Position numbers and translations under genes: made by a program. The notes beneath the pieces are model-generated. The model worked only from the letters and a program-made list of their open reading frames with translations, was not told the origin of the DNA and did no database searches. Shown here piece by piece: positions 39,142 to 51,640 of a stretch of DNA of 58,060 nt (positions are counted from its first letter, which is position 1; every line of letters starts with the position of its first letter). Source of the DNA: Trichoplax sp. H2 (lineage: Eukaryota); assembly GCA_003344405.1 (NCBI GenBank), contig NOWV01000156.1:124001-182060 (forward strand). Reading direction: 5' to 3'.

Positions 39142-40266
39142 CTTGATTTGCTCACTACTTTAACAATTAGCTGATGAGATTTGAGGCAGTTGTTGAGGTT
39201 ATGCTTGGGTTGCTATGGCAACTATTCAATACCAACCTCTTTCTATTTAACAGCTTCTCTCGATGAATATTATTAATTAATATATAAACAATACATTGCT
39301 CGTCATCATATTACAATCAACGTCTTGATTGTATCTTATATCTAGACTTTATCTTATTGGCAAGGGTACTAAGACATTTATCAGTCACTCTGGACGTTAT
39401 AACTCAACTTGATTAATCCCAATTACAACTGTAGCTTAATGAGGCAACTGAGTCAGACTTCTATTCGAGCTTAAAGTATATAATCTCACATTATTTATTT
39501 ATTATAAAATATAGCTTATAAATTAAAGCCAATTCTCCTTTCTATATGGCATAGAGATCAGCTGGAGAAATCTACCTTAACTGATTCCGTGCATACTCAT
39601 ACTGATCCGATTCGGAAAATGAAAATGAGCACATAAAACATTAGTGCATAGTTTTTAAACATATGAATTGGGTATAAGTAGCAGGAGTCAGATCCTCTAT
39701 AATATTAATAATATATGCCAGAGTAGTTTACTTAAAAATAAACGTTCACACTATCAATTTGTTGCCCTAAATTTGACCGTTGTTTTGCTAATCTATCGAC
39801 AAACCCAAGTAGTCATGTACATATAATACGCGATAGTGTGACATACTTTATTATGTAATATGTATAAACGTATCATGTTTCTGGCGTCAAGATAAGAAAG
39901 GGAGCTCAGATAATGATTTTATAGATGTTTCGGAATGTGACTGAATCATCTTTTACTTAATGAACAATAGACTTCTAGTTAAAACGATTTGAAATTATAT
40001 TGTTATAAAATGATTCAGGAACACGATTTTAAATAACACTATATGTTACAGTGTCTTGCTATAGGCTAAATATAGTTAACTCTATAAATTTTCCTTCTCT
40101 GTTACAAAGAGTTAAGATTATGCAAGTTATACAAAGGTGCTAATCCAATACACAAGGAAATGGTAATCAAGACAAACATAAATACATGTACATACATAAA
40201 CGAAGGGATATATGAACAATAAGTTACAAGTTTAGAGTAGAGAAACTAGCAGAAATTAATTTATTC

Positions 40267-43200
40267 CTACAATAGATCATTGTAAGCAGCAAAGGCAGCC
40301 TCTTTGTAAGCAATAGTTGCGGCAAGTGGATCTTCAGCTTGGTATATTCCACTACCAACAATAACAACATCACTCTGCCTATTCTTAATGACCTATTCGA
40401 AATAGAAATAAAAAATATCCAAAGTTACATAAGTAAGTATTTTAACAGAATATGTGCATCCTTCATTACTTCATCCGGTGTCAAATACTGCTGACCAAGA
40501 GTTCCCATTCCAGCTGCAAGCTTAACACCTGAAGCAAATCATGCGTTGTAAACTTTGATTATATCTCGGTTATCACTGCTTAAATAAGAATCAAATTTGC
40601 GCATATTACATGATGTGGCAAATTTACCTGGCGTTATATGAATAAAATTAGGTTTACTAGATAGCTTCTGTCTACAAATAAATCCAGCTACAAAACCGCT
40701 GTGGTCTTCGGCAATCTTAAGAACACCTAATTAATTATATTATGAATATATTGGAATTTCTAACTTCATGTACTAATATCTAATAGCCTTCAATCAGAAT
40801 GACTCAAGTAAGATATCATCAGCAAAAACTACCATTTGTGTAAGCTTCCGAAGCTAAGTTTCCATCGGAACTCATTTGAGCAATTAAAAGGCATGCTCTA
40901 TCTCGATTGCCACTACCCTAAATTTAATAATGTCAATCAAGTAATTAATCAAATCACATCAGTCAATATTTTAAAAGTATCCTAATTGAAAATACTACAA
41001 TATCCAACATTAAACTAATAATTGCACTTTTAATAAGTACCTTCACAAGAGCTTCAATAACACCAGGGCCAGAAACGGCATGAGCAGTTACAAAATCTGC
41101 CCATTCACATATGTGATATCCATCTACATACTGCTTGTAAACTGTATTACCGATATCAGCAAATTTACTATAATAGAAGGGATAGTTCGGCCATGTTAGA
41201 TAAATACTTCAAATAATGTCAGGTTTTGTTCGATAAATAAAGTTTGCTTACCTGTCTTCCAGTATCAAGAAATTTTGCTCGTCTGCTACATTACGCAATT
41301 TATAAATTAGGTCAAGTTTGAAATTTTCAACTGCAAATGTATTTATGTGCGTCTTGATAGCACAAATATGGGGTCCAACAATAGATGCCAACTAAAACAA
41401 ATCAAGAGGTGATGTTATTTATCCGTGTTTCAAAAATTTTTTAAAGTGCAGACAAAATAAGTTTATTACTTCTAAAAAATAATAAAAGCTTATTCCTTAC
41501 ATCGAGTAAGGTATCCAGACTATCAACATCAGCAGAAAAGATTAAATTAGTCGACTTTTGCGTCATAACGTTCAATAGTTTCTTCGCGACCGGATTTGCG
41601 GTTAAAAGCGCTCTCTCTTGAAAGTTAAGCTAAAAGGAAGAAGTAAATTTTGAAGATAACATTATTCAATTCCTTATTATCACTGGTTTCTTCAAACTTT
41701 TAGTTCGCTGTTACTTGTTTAGCTTGCACTGGTGGTTCTTTAGCAACAATCATGTTATTCGCAGAAAGGTACTGTTGAACGTAGTCCTTTAATTCTGTGG
41801 AAATTTTATTATTTTGGTAAAGGATGTCTAACACCTGTGATCCTGTACAGACACTAGTTATCGAATAAATTGATCAATTCTTTGATTAGACTTTTTGACA
41901 CTGAATGAGACAACTCAATTCTAGATGTTGTGCAAACGCGTATGTATGTTTGTTTAACGATTTTTACCAAATTACTAGCAACGAATACCTTGACAAATGG
42001 ACATTATATTCTGTTCCAAGTCTTTCCTTACCACCTTGCTCGCGATCAATAAATGTAACAGCATGAGTTACAACAAATCCTGCATCTCTTAAAGCCTAGA
42101 AGTACGCCAATATTAAATATACAAATTTTACTTTATATCAATTATAGCCGTCAGAAACAAACACTCCCATTTTCCAATGCACAAGTATCAAGCCTTTAAT
42201 CACTTTTTCTTAACTTTAACTTACCGTCACAGTCTCTATTACACTTGTCCCGCTAGTGACAACATCTTCAACAACAAGACAGTTACTTCCTTTTGGTAAA
42301 TCACTATCAACAAGTTTCTAGGATTGGAAGGTACCAAGTAGCGGAGTATTAGTAATAGGTCAATAGGCACAAGATCATTCCGCAGTAAATTGAATATCGT
42401 AAATTGGCGCCAGTGAATAGATATTCTGTATTTCATATCTATATTCTATCGTGCCGCAAACTGAATGTTGCCTGGCGACATTATCTATCTAGTTTTAGTA
42501 TTACTAAGAAATTTTGGTCATCGATCAACCTTGACCTAGCATAGGCACAATCGCATGATAATTTCGACATAAAGTAGAACAGAATCAATACTTGAAAGGC
42601 GTATCAAGTAAATTGAACTGTAGTTGTAGTATATTTCAAACCCATAGACAAGCAGAATAAAATATACAGGTTACTCGATAGATCAGCCGCGTTGATCACA
42701 TTCGCAATAATGATTGCTTCTACGAATATCGACCAACCGGCTACTTTAACAACTAATGCACAAACTATACAAAACAAGATCAAGTACAATCTAGGAATGA
42801 CTGGCTATATTAAGAAAGCGAACGATTATGATGAGCTTTATGTCTAATTTACTTGACATATTATATGAGGCAAGATTGAATAGAGCAAAGAATAGTCAAG
42901 CCCCTGTAATTATAACTGATGTTCAAAGCCTGGCGTACGTTACAGTCTTACCTTGGAAACACCATGTTGTTTGGCAAATGGTCTCTTCAGCACCAATGGT
43001 AGATCATGAGCAAGAGAAATTGCCTATAATCAATCAATTTATTTTTTCCTTTAAAACGTATCAATTGCCTACAACGATCAGATAGCTCTTTTACAGATAG
43101 AAATGATTTCTCTAAGGGTACAGATTAATCCATTCTTATCCTCATGCTATTTACATCAGCATAACAAATTGCTCCAAGCGGTACACCACAGATACAGTCG

Positions 43201-43617
43201 TAGGTCGCGTTGTCACCTAATTGGCAAGCTTGCCACATTAGTCCACTTGCTTCTTCCTATGGAGTACAGTTATAAATCAGAACGATGAGATCAAAACGAA
43301 GCAATTTTAGTCTTATTGTACATCCGTAAGAAAAGTTGGTGATCAAATCGCATACGCTCGATGACCGAACTTGTTGAACTAATTGCAACACCTTGGAGGT
43401 TGCTTTTCTGCACGCATCGATCGAACTGAATGATAGACTAGCTCAAGCTTACCCTTAACTTCGCATTATTGTTCAACGTTCGCAAATTAAAGTATGCAGG
43501 TGACTTTGCTCCAGATTTTAAAGTAAATTCTTGCCCAGGATCGGCAAATTTAATTGCTCCACTATCGAAAAGTTGCAATAAAATACTTCGCAATGAACTT
43601 AATAGAGTTGCAGCCAT
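40267..43617 (-). CDS. UMPS: Bifunctional UMP synthase (OPRT + OMP decarboxylase), 13 exons, divergent
   Basis: Spliced motifs: [34 protein letters not shown] (PRPP loop), [41 protein letters not shown] (catalytic D-x-K-x-x-D), [20 protein letters not shown] and [11 protein letters not shown]. Stop codon at 40267-40269. Confidence 0.95.
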
Positions 43618-43934
43618 AACGGATTGTGACTTGTGATGTACAGTACTACTAGTAAAATAGACCTAGCAGGAACATAAACTGCGCACGCTCTAACGAAATC
43701 TACGCTAAGAACAGCAACCATATGATGTGGGCTTAAGGTGGATATTATCCAACCAAGTGAAGAATAATTTGAACACGAAGTAGAAAGGATATAGTAGAAG
43801 GTTAGAGGGCAAGAAGAAGGCCACCTTCTTGTAGGCCATTATCAATAATATCTGATCACTCATAACTATCAATTTTACGCGTGATATATCATTGTATTAC
43901 GATTACCAGGTATACTGTATGCACCCGTAATAGA

Positions 43935-44500
43935 GGATCTTCTCGTCGTCTGTTAATTATCTAGGCCAGTTGGCATATATTTAAATTAGGTGAATCATAT
44001 AAATTTGAATATTATAAAGAACTGCAGTAATTTATATTGTAGATTAATAATTGTGTACAGGTATTGGAAGATCTTCTCGTAGTCTATAATCTAGGCTAGT
44101 TGTATTATATTTAAATTAGGTGAATATTATAAATTTGAAGATTATAAAGAACTGAAGTGATATATACTGCAGACTAATAATATACTTAGGTATTGCAAGG
44201 TCTTCTCGTAGTCTATGATCTAAGCCAGTCGTAATATATATAAATTAGATAAATATTATAAATTTGAATACTGTATTATAAAGAACTCAAGTATTTTATA
44301 CTACAGATTAATAATGATACACGAGAAGTGAAAGATCTTCTCGTAGTCTATAATCTAGGCCAGTTGTAATATATTTAAATTAAGTGAATAATATAAATTT
44401 CAATATTATAAAGAACTGAAGTGATTTGTACTGCAGATTAATACTTATACGTAGGTTTGAGAAGATTTTCTCAAAGGTCTATAATCTAGGCCACTTGATA
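43935..44500. repeat. Degenerate ~130-bp tandem repeat (~4.5 copies) upstream of UMPS
   Basis: GATCTTCTCGTAGTCTATAATCTAGGCCAGTTG...TAAATTAGGTGAAT...ATTATAAAGAACTG at ~43937, 44068, 44199, 44334 and 44464. Confidence 0.9.
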
Positions 44501-46109
44501 CATATTAAAATCAGCTAAAATCATCAAATTATTTCCTAATTTTAATTTATATCTAATTTTCTTTCTGATAAACATATTCCAATAATCATCAGATCTAAAA
44601 CAATCACTACACAAAGATCTTTACAAATAAACAACACTTTATATTATGCTACTATATAAATTGAGATATAAATTATGACTTGCTTGCATTAATAGGATAT
44701 ATTATTGTCCTCGGAATAATATTATAGCAAACATCACTATGGGTACTTAGAAGCTAAATAAAACGTCTCCTGATGGATATTCTTCGCAACATAATAAAAG
44801 AAAGATAAAGATAATTCGCATAAATCAGAAATTATTTGACTTTATTCACATCCAGTCTCTTATACTATTCATCATTGAGCTTTTAGCTTTAAATTTAAAT
44901 CGTAGGTGTAGCCGATTTCTTTTCATTACATACACGATAATAGCTGTCTTTTTGGCACCGCAAAGTCTGCAAAATCTATATAGCTATAAATTATTTGATT
45001 ATCCTAGTTAAAGACTATGCTTACCTCTATAACGGAATCGCATTTAGATATCATTCAAAATGGTATTTTATAGATATTAATCATCAATTATTTCTTGATC
45101 AATTTGAACCTGATTAGTTTAATTCTATCTATCAATCAGGTGGCAATCAATCGTGTAATTTAGAAGGGCTTAAATTGTGTTTGTTACTGCTAAACGTAAA
45201 TATGACTTACAATATCATATTGTTTCTTCTATCAAATCTCTTACAATAGATTTCCACGTCAGTAGCAATTGCACAATTTTGTCTCTATGTGCTATTGGTA
45301 AACATAAGCTTTTGCATAATAAAGTATAAATATGGCTTTTAGTAAATAAATTCACTTGGCACCCTTTAGCTGATATTACAATTGAGAAAATAGATTGTAT
45401 ATGAAATAAAACGAAGAAATAATTTGAAACAAATTTATTATATACCAAAAACATTGTTCTAAATATTTTCCGGTAGATTTTTATTCAAAAGTCGCAACGC
45501 CAATAGCAACATCATTTATTCAACTTTTAGTGATAATTATGATCAGTAGAAATAGTTTAAAAGCATTAGACTTTGTTAAGTTCTCTACTACCATTTCTGG
45601 TAGTACGAAGGAAGTTCATACATACTGCACTGTAAGTTTTTCGTTGCTAGTGATATAAGATAATCCTTCTTACGGTTTAGTAATTGTAGAAGTTGGCTTA
45701 CAAAGCAAAATTAGCGAGCTTGGGCTATTACAGTAATATAAAATATTTACTGTTCTACCATCAAGACAATTTCTACACGTTAGAGTCTCTTAATGCCATG
45801 ACAAATAATGATAAGATCTAACATTTCTTTATTTTGGTCTTCATGTTGGCCTCAATTTTATGGCAGTATGAAGATTTAAATTTCGAAAACAATCAAAGTT
45901 TCTAGAAGATATTTTTTACTAAATTTACAGTTATATTTAGACTTTTCTTTGCAATCATGCAGTATAAGCCTTCACTTAAGAAGAATGGAGTCGTAATATC
46001 TAAGCCATAAAAATTGAAGCAATATTCGATATTGTAACAGTCCAAGAATAAATGATCAACGTAGAAAAATTTGTCATTTACAATATATATCCGAGCATAA
46101 TCTGATGAG

Positions 46110-46455
46110 AATCATGATCATTTCTGCCATTTCCTCCTTGGATAGGCAAGAAACCCCGTCATTTAAAACTTATATCTAAAAAGAATCCTATCAAATCATG
46201 ATTCCCGTCATTTCTTTCTTAAATAAGTAGATAACATAAGAAAATTTATCATTTAAAACTTATATCCAAGTGCAGTCTAATTTAATGCGGTACCATCATG
46301 ATTCCTACCATTTCTTTTTTAGTACAGTAGGTAGATAATGCAAGAAAAACTTGTCAGTTGTAACTTATTTTCAAACATTATTCAGTTAAAATCATAACGA
46401 TTCTTACCGTTTCTGCCTTGCAAGGGTAGATAATGGAAGAAAATTTTTCATTTAT
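46110..46455. repeat. Degenerate ~90-100-bp tandem repeat (~4 copies)
   Basis: ATCATGATTC..CCATTTCT...TAGATAA..CAAGAAAA..TCATTTAAAACTTATATC recurs at ~46111, 46196, 46296 and 46392. Confidence 0.7.
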
Positions 46456-47704
46456 AGGTTATCAGACCCTGATTAAAATCATAGTAAGATGAACTAATTC
46501 CAATAATTTAATTAAGTGCTGAGATCTTAACGTAGTTGATAGAATAAATCTTTATTTAAAGTGGCTTAATATACAAGTAAATAGTAAAGCAGTAGACTAT
46601 GGACAAATAATCGAATCCTCATCATCAAATTGCCATAGTAAAGCATTATGTTGATCGTTATATACTCGTATAGCGTAAATTATAGGTTTTAGATTTATTG
46701 GAATAATGATATACATATACAGTATATACATGTGCTAAACAGAACCATGAAATTGTAATGCAGCATTTGGCATTTACAATCATTTAATAAAATTACTTGC
46801 TTACATATTATTATCTTCTGGCACTACTCGCATAAACCGCAGGAAAAGTTTTCATGTTCAAATAAAGTCATTTCTATATCATTTCTTTAATTTCATCATG
46901 AATGAAAGATTACAGTATCAATATCTAGTAGGCTATAAATGGAAATAGTTGCAAATTCAATGCCGTATCCTCGACAGAAAATCGGATCGATCGCTAAATG
47001 TTTATACAGAATACAATAAAGTATTAAGAAGCGCAAAAATAGAAAAGTAGGAAAGTTAGGTCAAAAGTCAGGAAATGGCATCGCCTAACATTCATTGCAG
47101 CTATTTAGCTTAGCAATATCAGATTAGTCATAACGGGAGTATAGCTCGATATAATCTTTATTTCAGAATTGAATAATCATAGATAACTCATATTGAACTA
47201 CTTAATCCATATTGATGGGTATTACCGATGCTGTTTGCAATGTAATCATTGATAAAGTAGTTAGAAAACTTAACCTATTATGGATAAGGATGATTATTCA
47301 ACAGAATAGATGACAGAACAAAAAAATTAAAATAAAATCGATGATAGGATAATGCTGTTGAATTTCAAAATTACCATCTATTAATCAATTAAGTGTAAAT
47401 GCCTTTTGATTTAATTTACCAAGCTAAAGTGTGTCACTATTTTGATTGAAGAAGAATTATAATGACTTAAGTGATTGAAAAGCTAGACTCATTGTAGTTG
47501 TTGAATATTAAGTAGATATTGATAATCATTTCTCGGCGATCAACGCCATCCAGTTTGTCGTCAATTGAAATTAAAAGTGGTGTTGCAACTTAGTCATGAA
47601 ATACTTATCGACTACTGTATATTGTCATTATAAAGCCTTATAGGCTATATAGAATACAGAAATAATCAACTCTACGTGTAGTTCTCTTACTGAGCAATTG
47701 AGTA

Positions 47705-47950
47705 TTGAAAGGAGATTAGGAAATATCTAATTTTGTCTTCATTTTGCATCATTTCCACCTCAATCAACAAATTAAATAAAATTACTGTGCAATAGATTCA
47801 TTATTATTACTGATGTTATTATAATGTATTTAAAGAGTGTTAAGAAATGTCTAGTTTTGTCTTCAATTTGCGTTATTTTCACTTTAATCAAGAAAGTGAA
47901 TAAAATTGCTGTGATAAAGATTTATCATTACTAGCTATGCAATTACAATG
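47705..47950. repeat. ~125-bp direct duplication downstream of the GPCR
   Basis: GAAAT.TCTA.TTTTGTCTTCA.TTTGC...TAAAATT.CTGTG at ~47720 and ~47844. Confidence 0.7.
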
Positions 47951-48204
47951 TCTACATTTAATGTTCTAGATAGCGGAAAGACATCGATCATTTCCTTTTC
48001 ATTGGATACCTAGACTTTAGTTGAATTTTAGTTGTTCTATTCCTAAGTGGAACGACTTTTCATCCATACTAATGCGCTTAATTCTCCTTCCCTTCAAGAA
48101 AGATGAAAATCAATTTATCTTATATCAGTGATTAGGATGGAGCAGAAAGCCATTCAATTTGTTCAGTATGGATTTTTAAAGTTGAGAAAAATTTGCCATA
48201 TGTA

Positions 48205-49239
48205 TCATATACTGGAAGTGGCTGATTTTCGACGATTCATAATATTGATTTGATCGATGATATAGCTATCTCGTCTGCCAATAAGGTAAAGAAAGCGTAA
48301 ACGATAACACTGGCATGATGTTATACAAATAATTGGGTTGTGTGATGTATTAAAGATGGCAAACCATTTACATAATGCTAACGGCAATATAAATTGTATT
48401 CCAGTTAGTTTAGTAAACATTAAAACTGTAGTAATGACAGTATAAGGTAACCAACAGATGATGGTCATGACTAAGATTCCAACTAAAATACGCAATGTTT
48501 GCAAATCATGACTACGTAAAGCTGGATGATTTGCTGTTGATCCATGGCGATTACGTAAATATTGGACATCTCGAAAGATGGCAATATAAATGATAACACT
48601 AGCTAAGATGGGCAAGCCATGCATTAAATTTTGTGTAGTATAGTAAAAGCGAGGATAGAGACCAGAATCGTTCCATTTTGGTCGGCATTCTCGTGTTAAT
48701 ATAATAGGTTGTCCATAAAAATCAAATTGCTTAGAATAAAACATATCGGTATGGAGTTTAATAAATAAGGGAATATTGCCTAGCAAGGATAAGCACCATA
48801 CCAATAGAACGATGGCTAGACTATGATTAATTTTTAATATAGGGCTTAACGGTTTAATAATGGCACGATAGCGTATAACCGAGATGACTAATAATTGAAA
48901 GATTGATACAGTAAATAAGACTTTCTCACATACAGGAAGTATAAAGCAAAGAAATGCGCCTAGTGGCCAACGATGGAATAAATAAGTGGATAAACGATAC
49001 GGAATAACAAGACATGCAATGAGAACATCACAGAATGCTAAATTGCATATAAAAATATTGGTGACTGTCTTTAGGCCACCAGTCATATTTTGATAGGCCA
49101 AGCCCATTAATATAATGTTACCAATCACAGCGACAATAAAAGTGATGATGTAAAGCACCGAAAGAAGAACAAGACTGCTATGGCTAACATAAAATTGCAT
49201 CCAAGGGATGCTTGTGGTATTATTAGGTTGATGAGTCAT
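48205..49239 (-). CDS. Intronless rhodopsin-like (class A) GPCR, peptide-receptor-like orphan
   Basis: Seven hydrophobic segments, with GN in TM1, TNIFICNLAFCD in TM2, WPLG..LC (ECL1/C3.25), IRY at the DRY position, W in TM4, CWLPY in TM6 and HNPIIC in TM7. The first ATG is at 49239 (the ORF-track start is TTG), giving MTHQPNNTTS with N-glycosylation sequons. Confidence 0.92.
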   Translation of the reverse strand: MTHQPNNTTSIPWMQFYVSHSSLVLLSVLYIITFIVAVIGNIILMGLAYQNMTGGLKTVTNIFICNLAFCDVLIACLVIPYRLSTYLFHRWPLGAFLCFILPVCEKVLFTVSIFQLLVISVIRYRAIIKPLSPILKINHSLAIVLLVWCLSLLGNIPLFIKLHTDMFYSKQFDFYGQPIILTRECRPKWNDSGLYPRFYYTTQNLMHGLPILASVIIYIAIFRDVQYLRNRHGSTANHPALRSHDLQTLRILVGILVMTIICWLPYTVITTVLMFTKLTGIQFILPLALCKWFAIFNTSHNPIICITSCQCYRLRFLYLIGRRDSYIIDQINIMNRRKSATSSI

Positions 49240-49339
49240 TTCCAAAGCGATGTACCGTAATAAGGATAGGGCAATCCAGGATATGAAGAAGGAAATTGCA
49301 AGCAAAAGCCAATCGATTCTTCTATCAAATCAATCACGT

Positions 49340-49745
49340 TAGAATAGTATTCCAAATGATTTTCGATGCGATTATCCCGTTAATAACGGTAGCTATTAGA
49401 AAAGATTTTCGAAACTTTTATCCCGTCTAGAACGGTAGAATATAAATAATTTTCGATACTTTTATCCTGTTAATAACGAGAGTCCGCTGTTAGAAATAAT
49501 TTTCGATACCTTTATCCTGTCAACAACGAGAGAGTCTGCTCTTAGAAATGACTTTCGATGCTTTTATACAGTCAATAATGATAGCCTGCTGTTTGCAACA
49601 ATTTTCGTTACTTTATCCAGTCGATAATGATAGCCCGCTATTGAAATAACTTTCGGCACTTTATCCAGTCTATGTTGATAGCCTGCTGACGGATATAATT
49701 TTCCACACAAGGATCCAGTCAGTAACGATAGTTGAAATGATTTGC
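49340..49745. repeat. Degenerate ~45-50-bp tandem repeat (~8 copies) just upstream of the GPCR
   Basis: AGAAATxATTTTCGATACTTTTATCCxGTxAATAACGA recurs at ~49355, 49398, 49445, 49493, 49544, 49597, 49643 and 49695. Confidence 0.85.
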
Positions 49746-50049
49746 AATCGATTTGTAAGCTAATTTATTTAAGTTGGCAGAAGTTTCATAAAAGATTTTT
49801 AACGGATCGATGAGGAAAAAGAAACAGAAATGAAAAATTGAATTTTTTCCAAATGGATAAACTAATCCTTAGGTGTGATTCTTAAGGTGATGATCGCTCG
49901 TTGCGTCGATACTTTGTGGATTAATTAAAATTTTTGATTTCTAGATCGTAGAGAAATTCTTATTTCAATCCAATAATTTAACTAGATATAAGCAGATAAA
50001 AGTCGATGAAAGCCTTAATCAAGAGTTATTGCTTAATCAATGGGTAAAA

Positions 50050-50470
50050 AATCACTACTACCTAAGATGCAGATCCACGTCTCGATTTAAAGATGTAGGC
50101 AAAAATTCCTGCGTTCAATAAGCTATAAATCACGAGTACATCAAGATGCAAGTCTCGACGTTAAGCTACCGCTGAAATTCTTTTCTTTAACTTGTTTAAA
50201 ACCACGAGAATCTAAAATGATCTACGTATCCAGAAATAGAACTAAATTCCTACTTCAACAGACTTAACAAACACAAGTACATCCAATCCACGCCTCGATA
50301 CCAAGACGGAGCTAAAACTCTTTCAGTCAACTAATTTAAATTCAAAATGAATATAGAAGACAGATCTCGATCCTACGATGAAACTCCCGGTTCGATAGTT
50401 TTAAAAGTACAAGAATAGAAAATGTGGATCCACGTCTCGATGTAAAGGGATAGAGCTAAAATTCCTAGAC
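50050..50470. repeat. Highly degenerate ~60-70-bp tandem repeat
   Basis: GATCCACGTCTCGAT...AAGA...GCTAAAATTCCT-like segments at ~50072, 50218, 50287 and 50427. Confidence 0.6.
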
Positions 50471-51169
50471 TTCACTGGCTACCACTATCACAAGCTGGTA
50501 AATGACTGCAAGATCTCTTTATTAATGTCCCTCGTAGACTTTTTCACCACTCCGATTAGCCGAAAGCTGGTGAATAGTTCAGGCCTTCCTTCCTAGTAAT
50601 GGAAGCGCAAAATGAGCCAATTCTTCCTTCCTCTTGAAATAAAATGAAGTTCGATGGACGATAAGACCACGCCGGTCAATAACGTTGGATGGAAATCAGA
50701 TCAGAGCGATATTGCAGATTGAAAATGCTATTCTGTTCGATTGGAATAGTACTCAAATCTTGGTGGATGAATAACTACCTATTCAATAAATTTGAAATTG
50801 AATCTGTAGTAATCGTGGAGGAACAATGATGATATTAAATCAAAGGCCGTCGGCGACATAAAATATAATAATATTGTCCAAAACCAGGTAAAAAGGAGAA
50901 AAAAAACAATTCCTTTTTCTTTATACTTTATCGATTGAAATTTCCTTCTTATTTTCCACTCTTTGTTGATTTTTAATCAGTGCGATGTCAATTGAAGTCT
51001 ATTAGTAAACGGCGATAATGATGAACTTCATCAATAGCACTGCACAGATTTCTCTTTATAGCTTGGAAGGTAGATTAAGAGAATATCAATACAGTAATGA
51101 GCTATAGGTCCACTTGGTAAATGGATATTAAACTAGCAAACTTTTCTATCGTAGTTTTTGAGTCATTGA

Positions 51170-51640
51170 AAAAAATTAATGCTTAATCAATGGATGATGA
51201 TAGGGGACGGCTTCTTGAGAGGATGATTAATGAACAGTTTAATCCGTAGTCTCCTTAGTTAAAATCTTGCCAAGGAGAAGGAAACAAAGCCTCTTCGACG
51301 TTTCTGAAGTAATTGAAGATTAATCGATTTCGATTCGTTATGAAGCAATCAAGGCTAAATTATTCATCAGAAATTGGTAAAACTTTAAGCTGGATTAATT
51401 TAATTTATTTTTGCTCAATGAATGTATTATGGTGATCTAGACGGCTTCTTGAGATAATAATTAATTAACAGTTTGAACCCGCTAGCTCCTCGATTAAAAT
51501 CTTGCCTAGTCAGAAAGAAATAAAGGCTCTTCAACGTTACTGAAGCAATTGATAGTTTAATCGATTTCGATTTGTGATGGTGAGATCAAGGCTAAATTAT
51601 TCATAAAGAGAATAGTAAGACTGTAAGCTTATTCCATTCA
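51170..51640. repeat. ~240-bp direct duplication
   Basis: GACGGCTTCTTGAGA...AACAGTTT...TTAAAATCTTGCC...TAATCGATTTCGATT...ATCAAGGCTAAATTATTCAT at ~51206 and ~51440. Confidence 0.85.
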
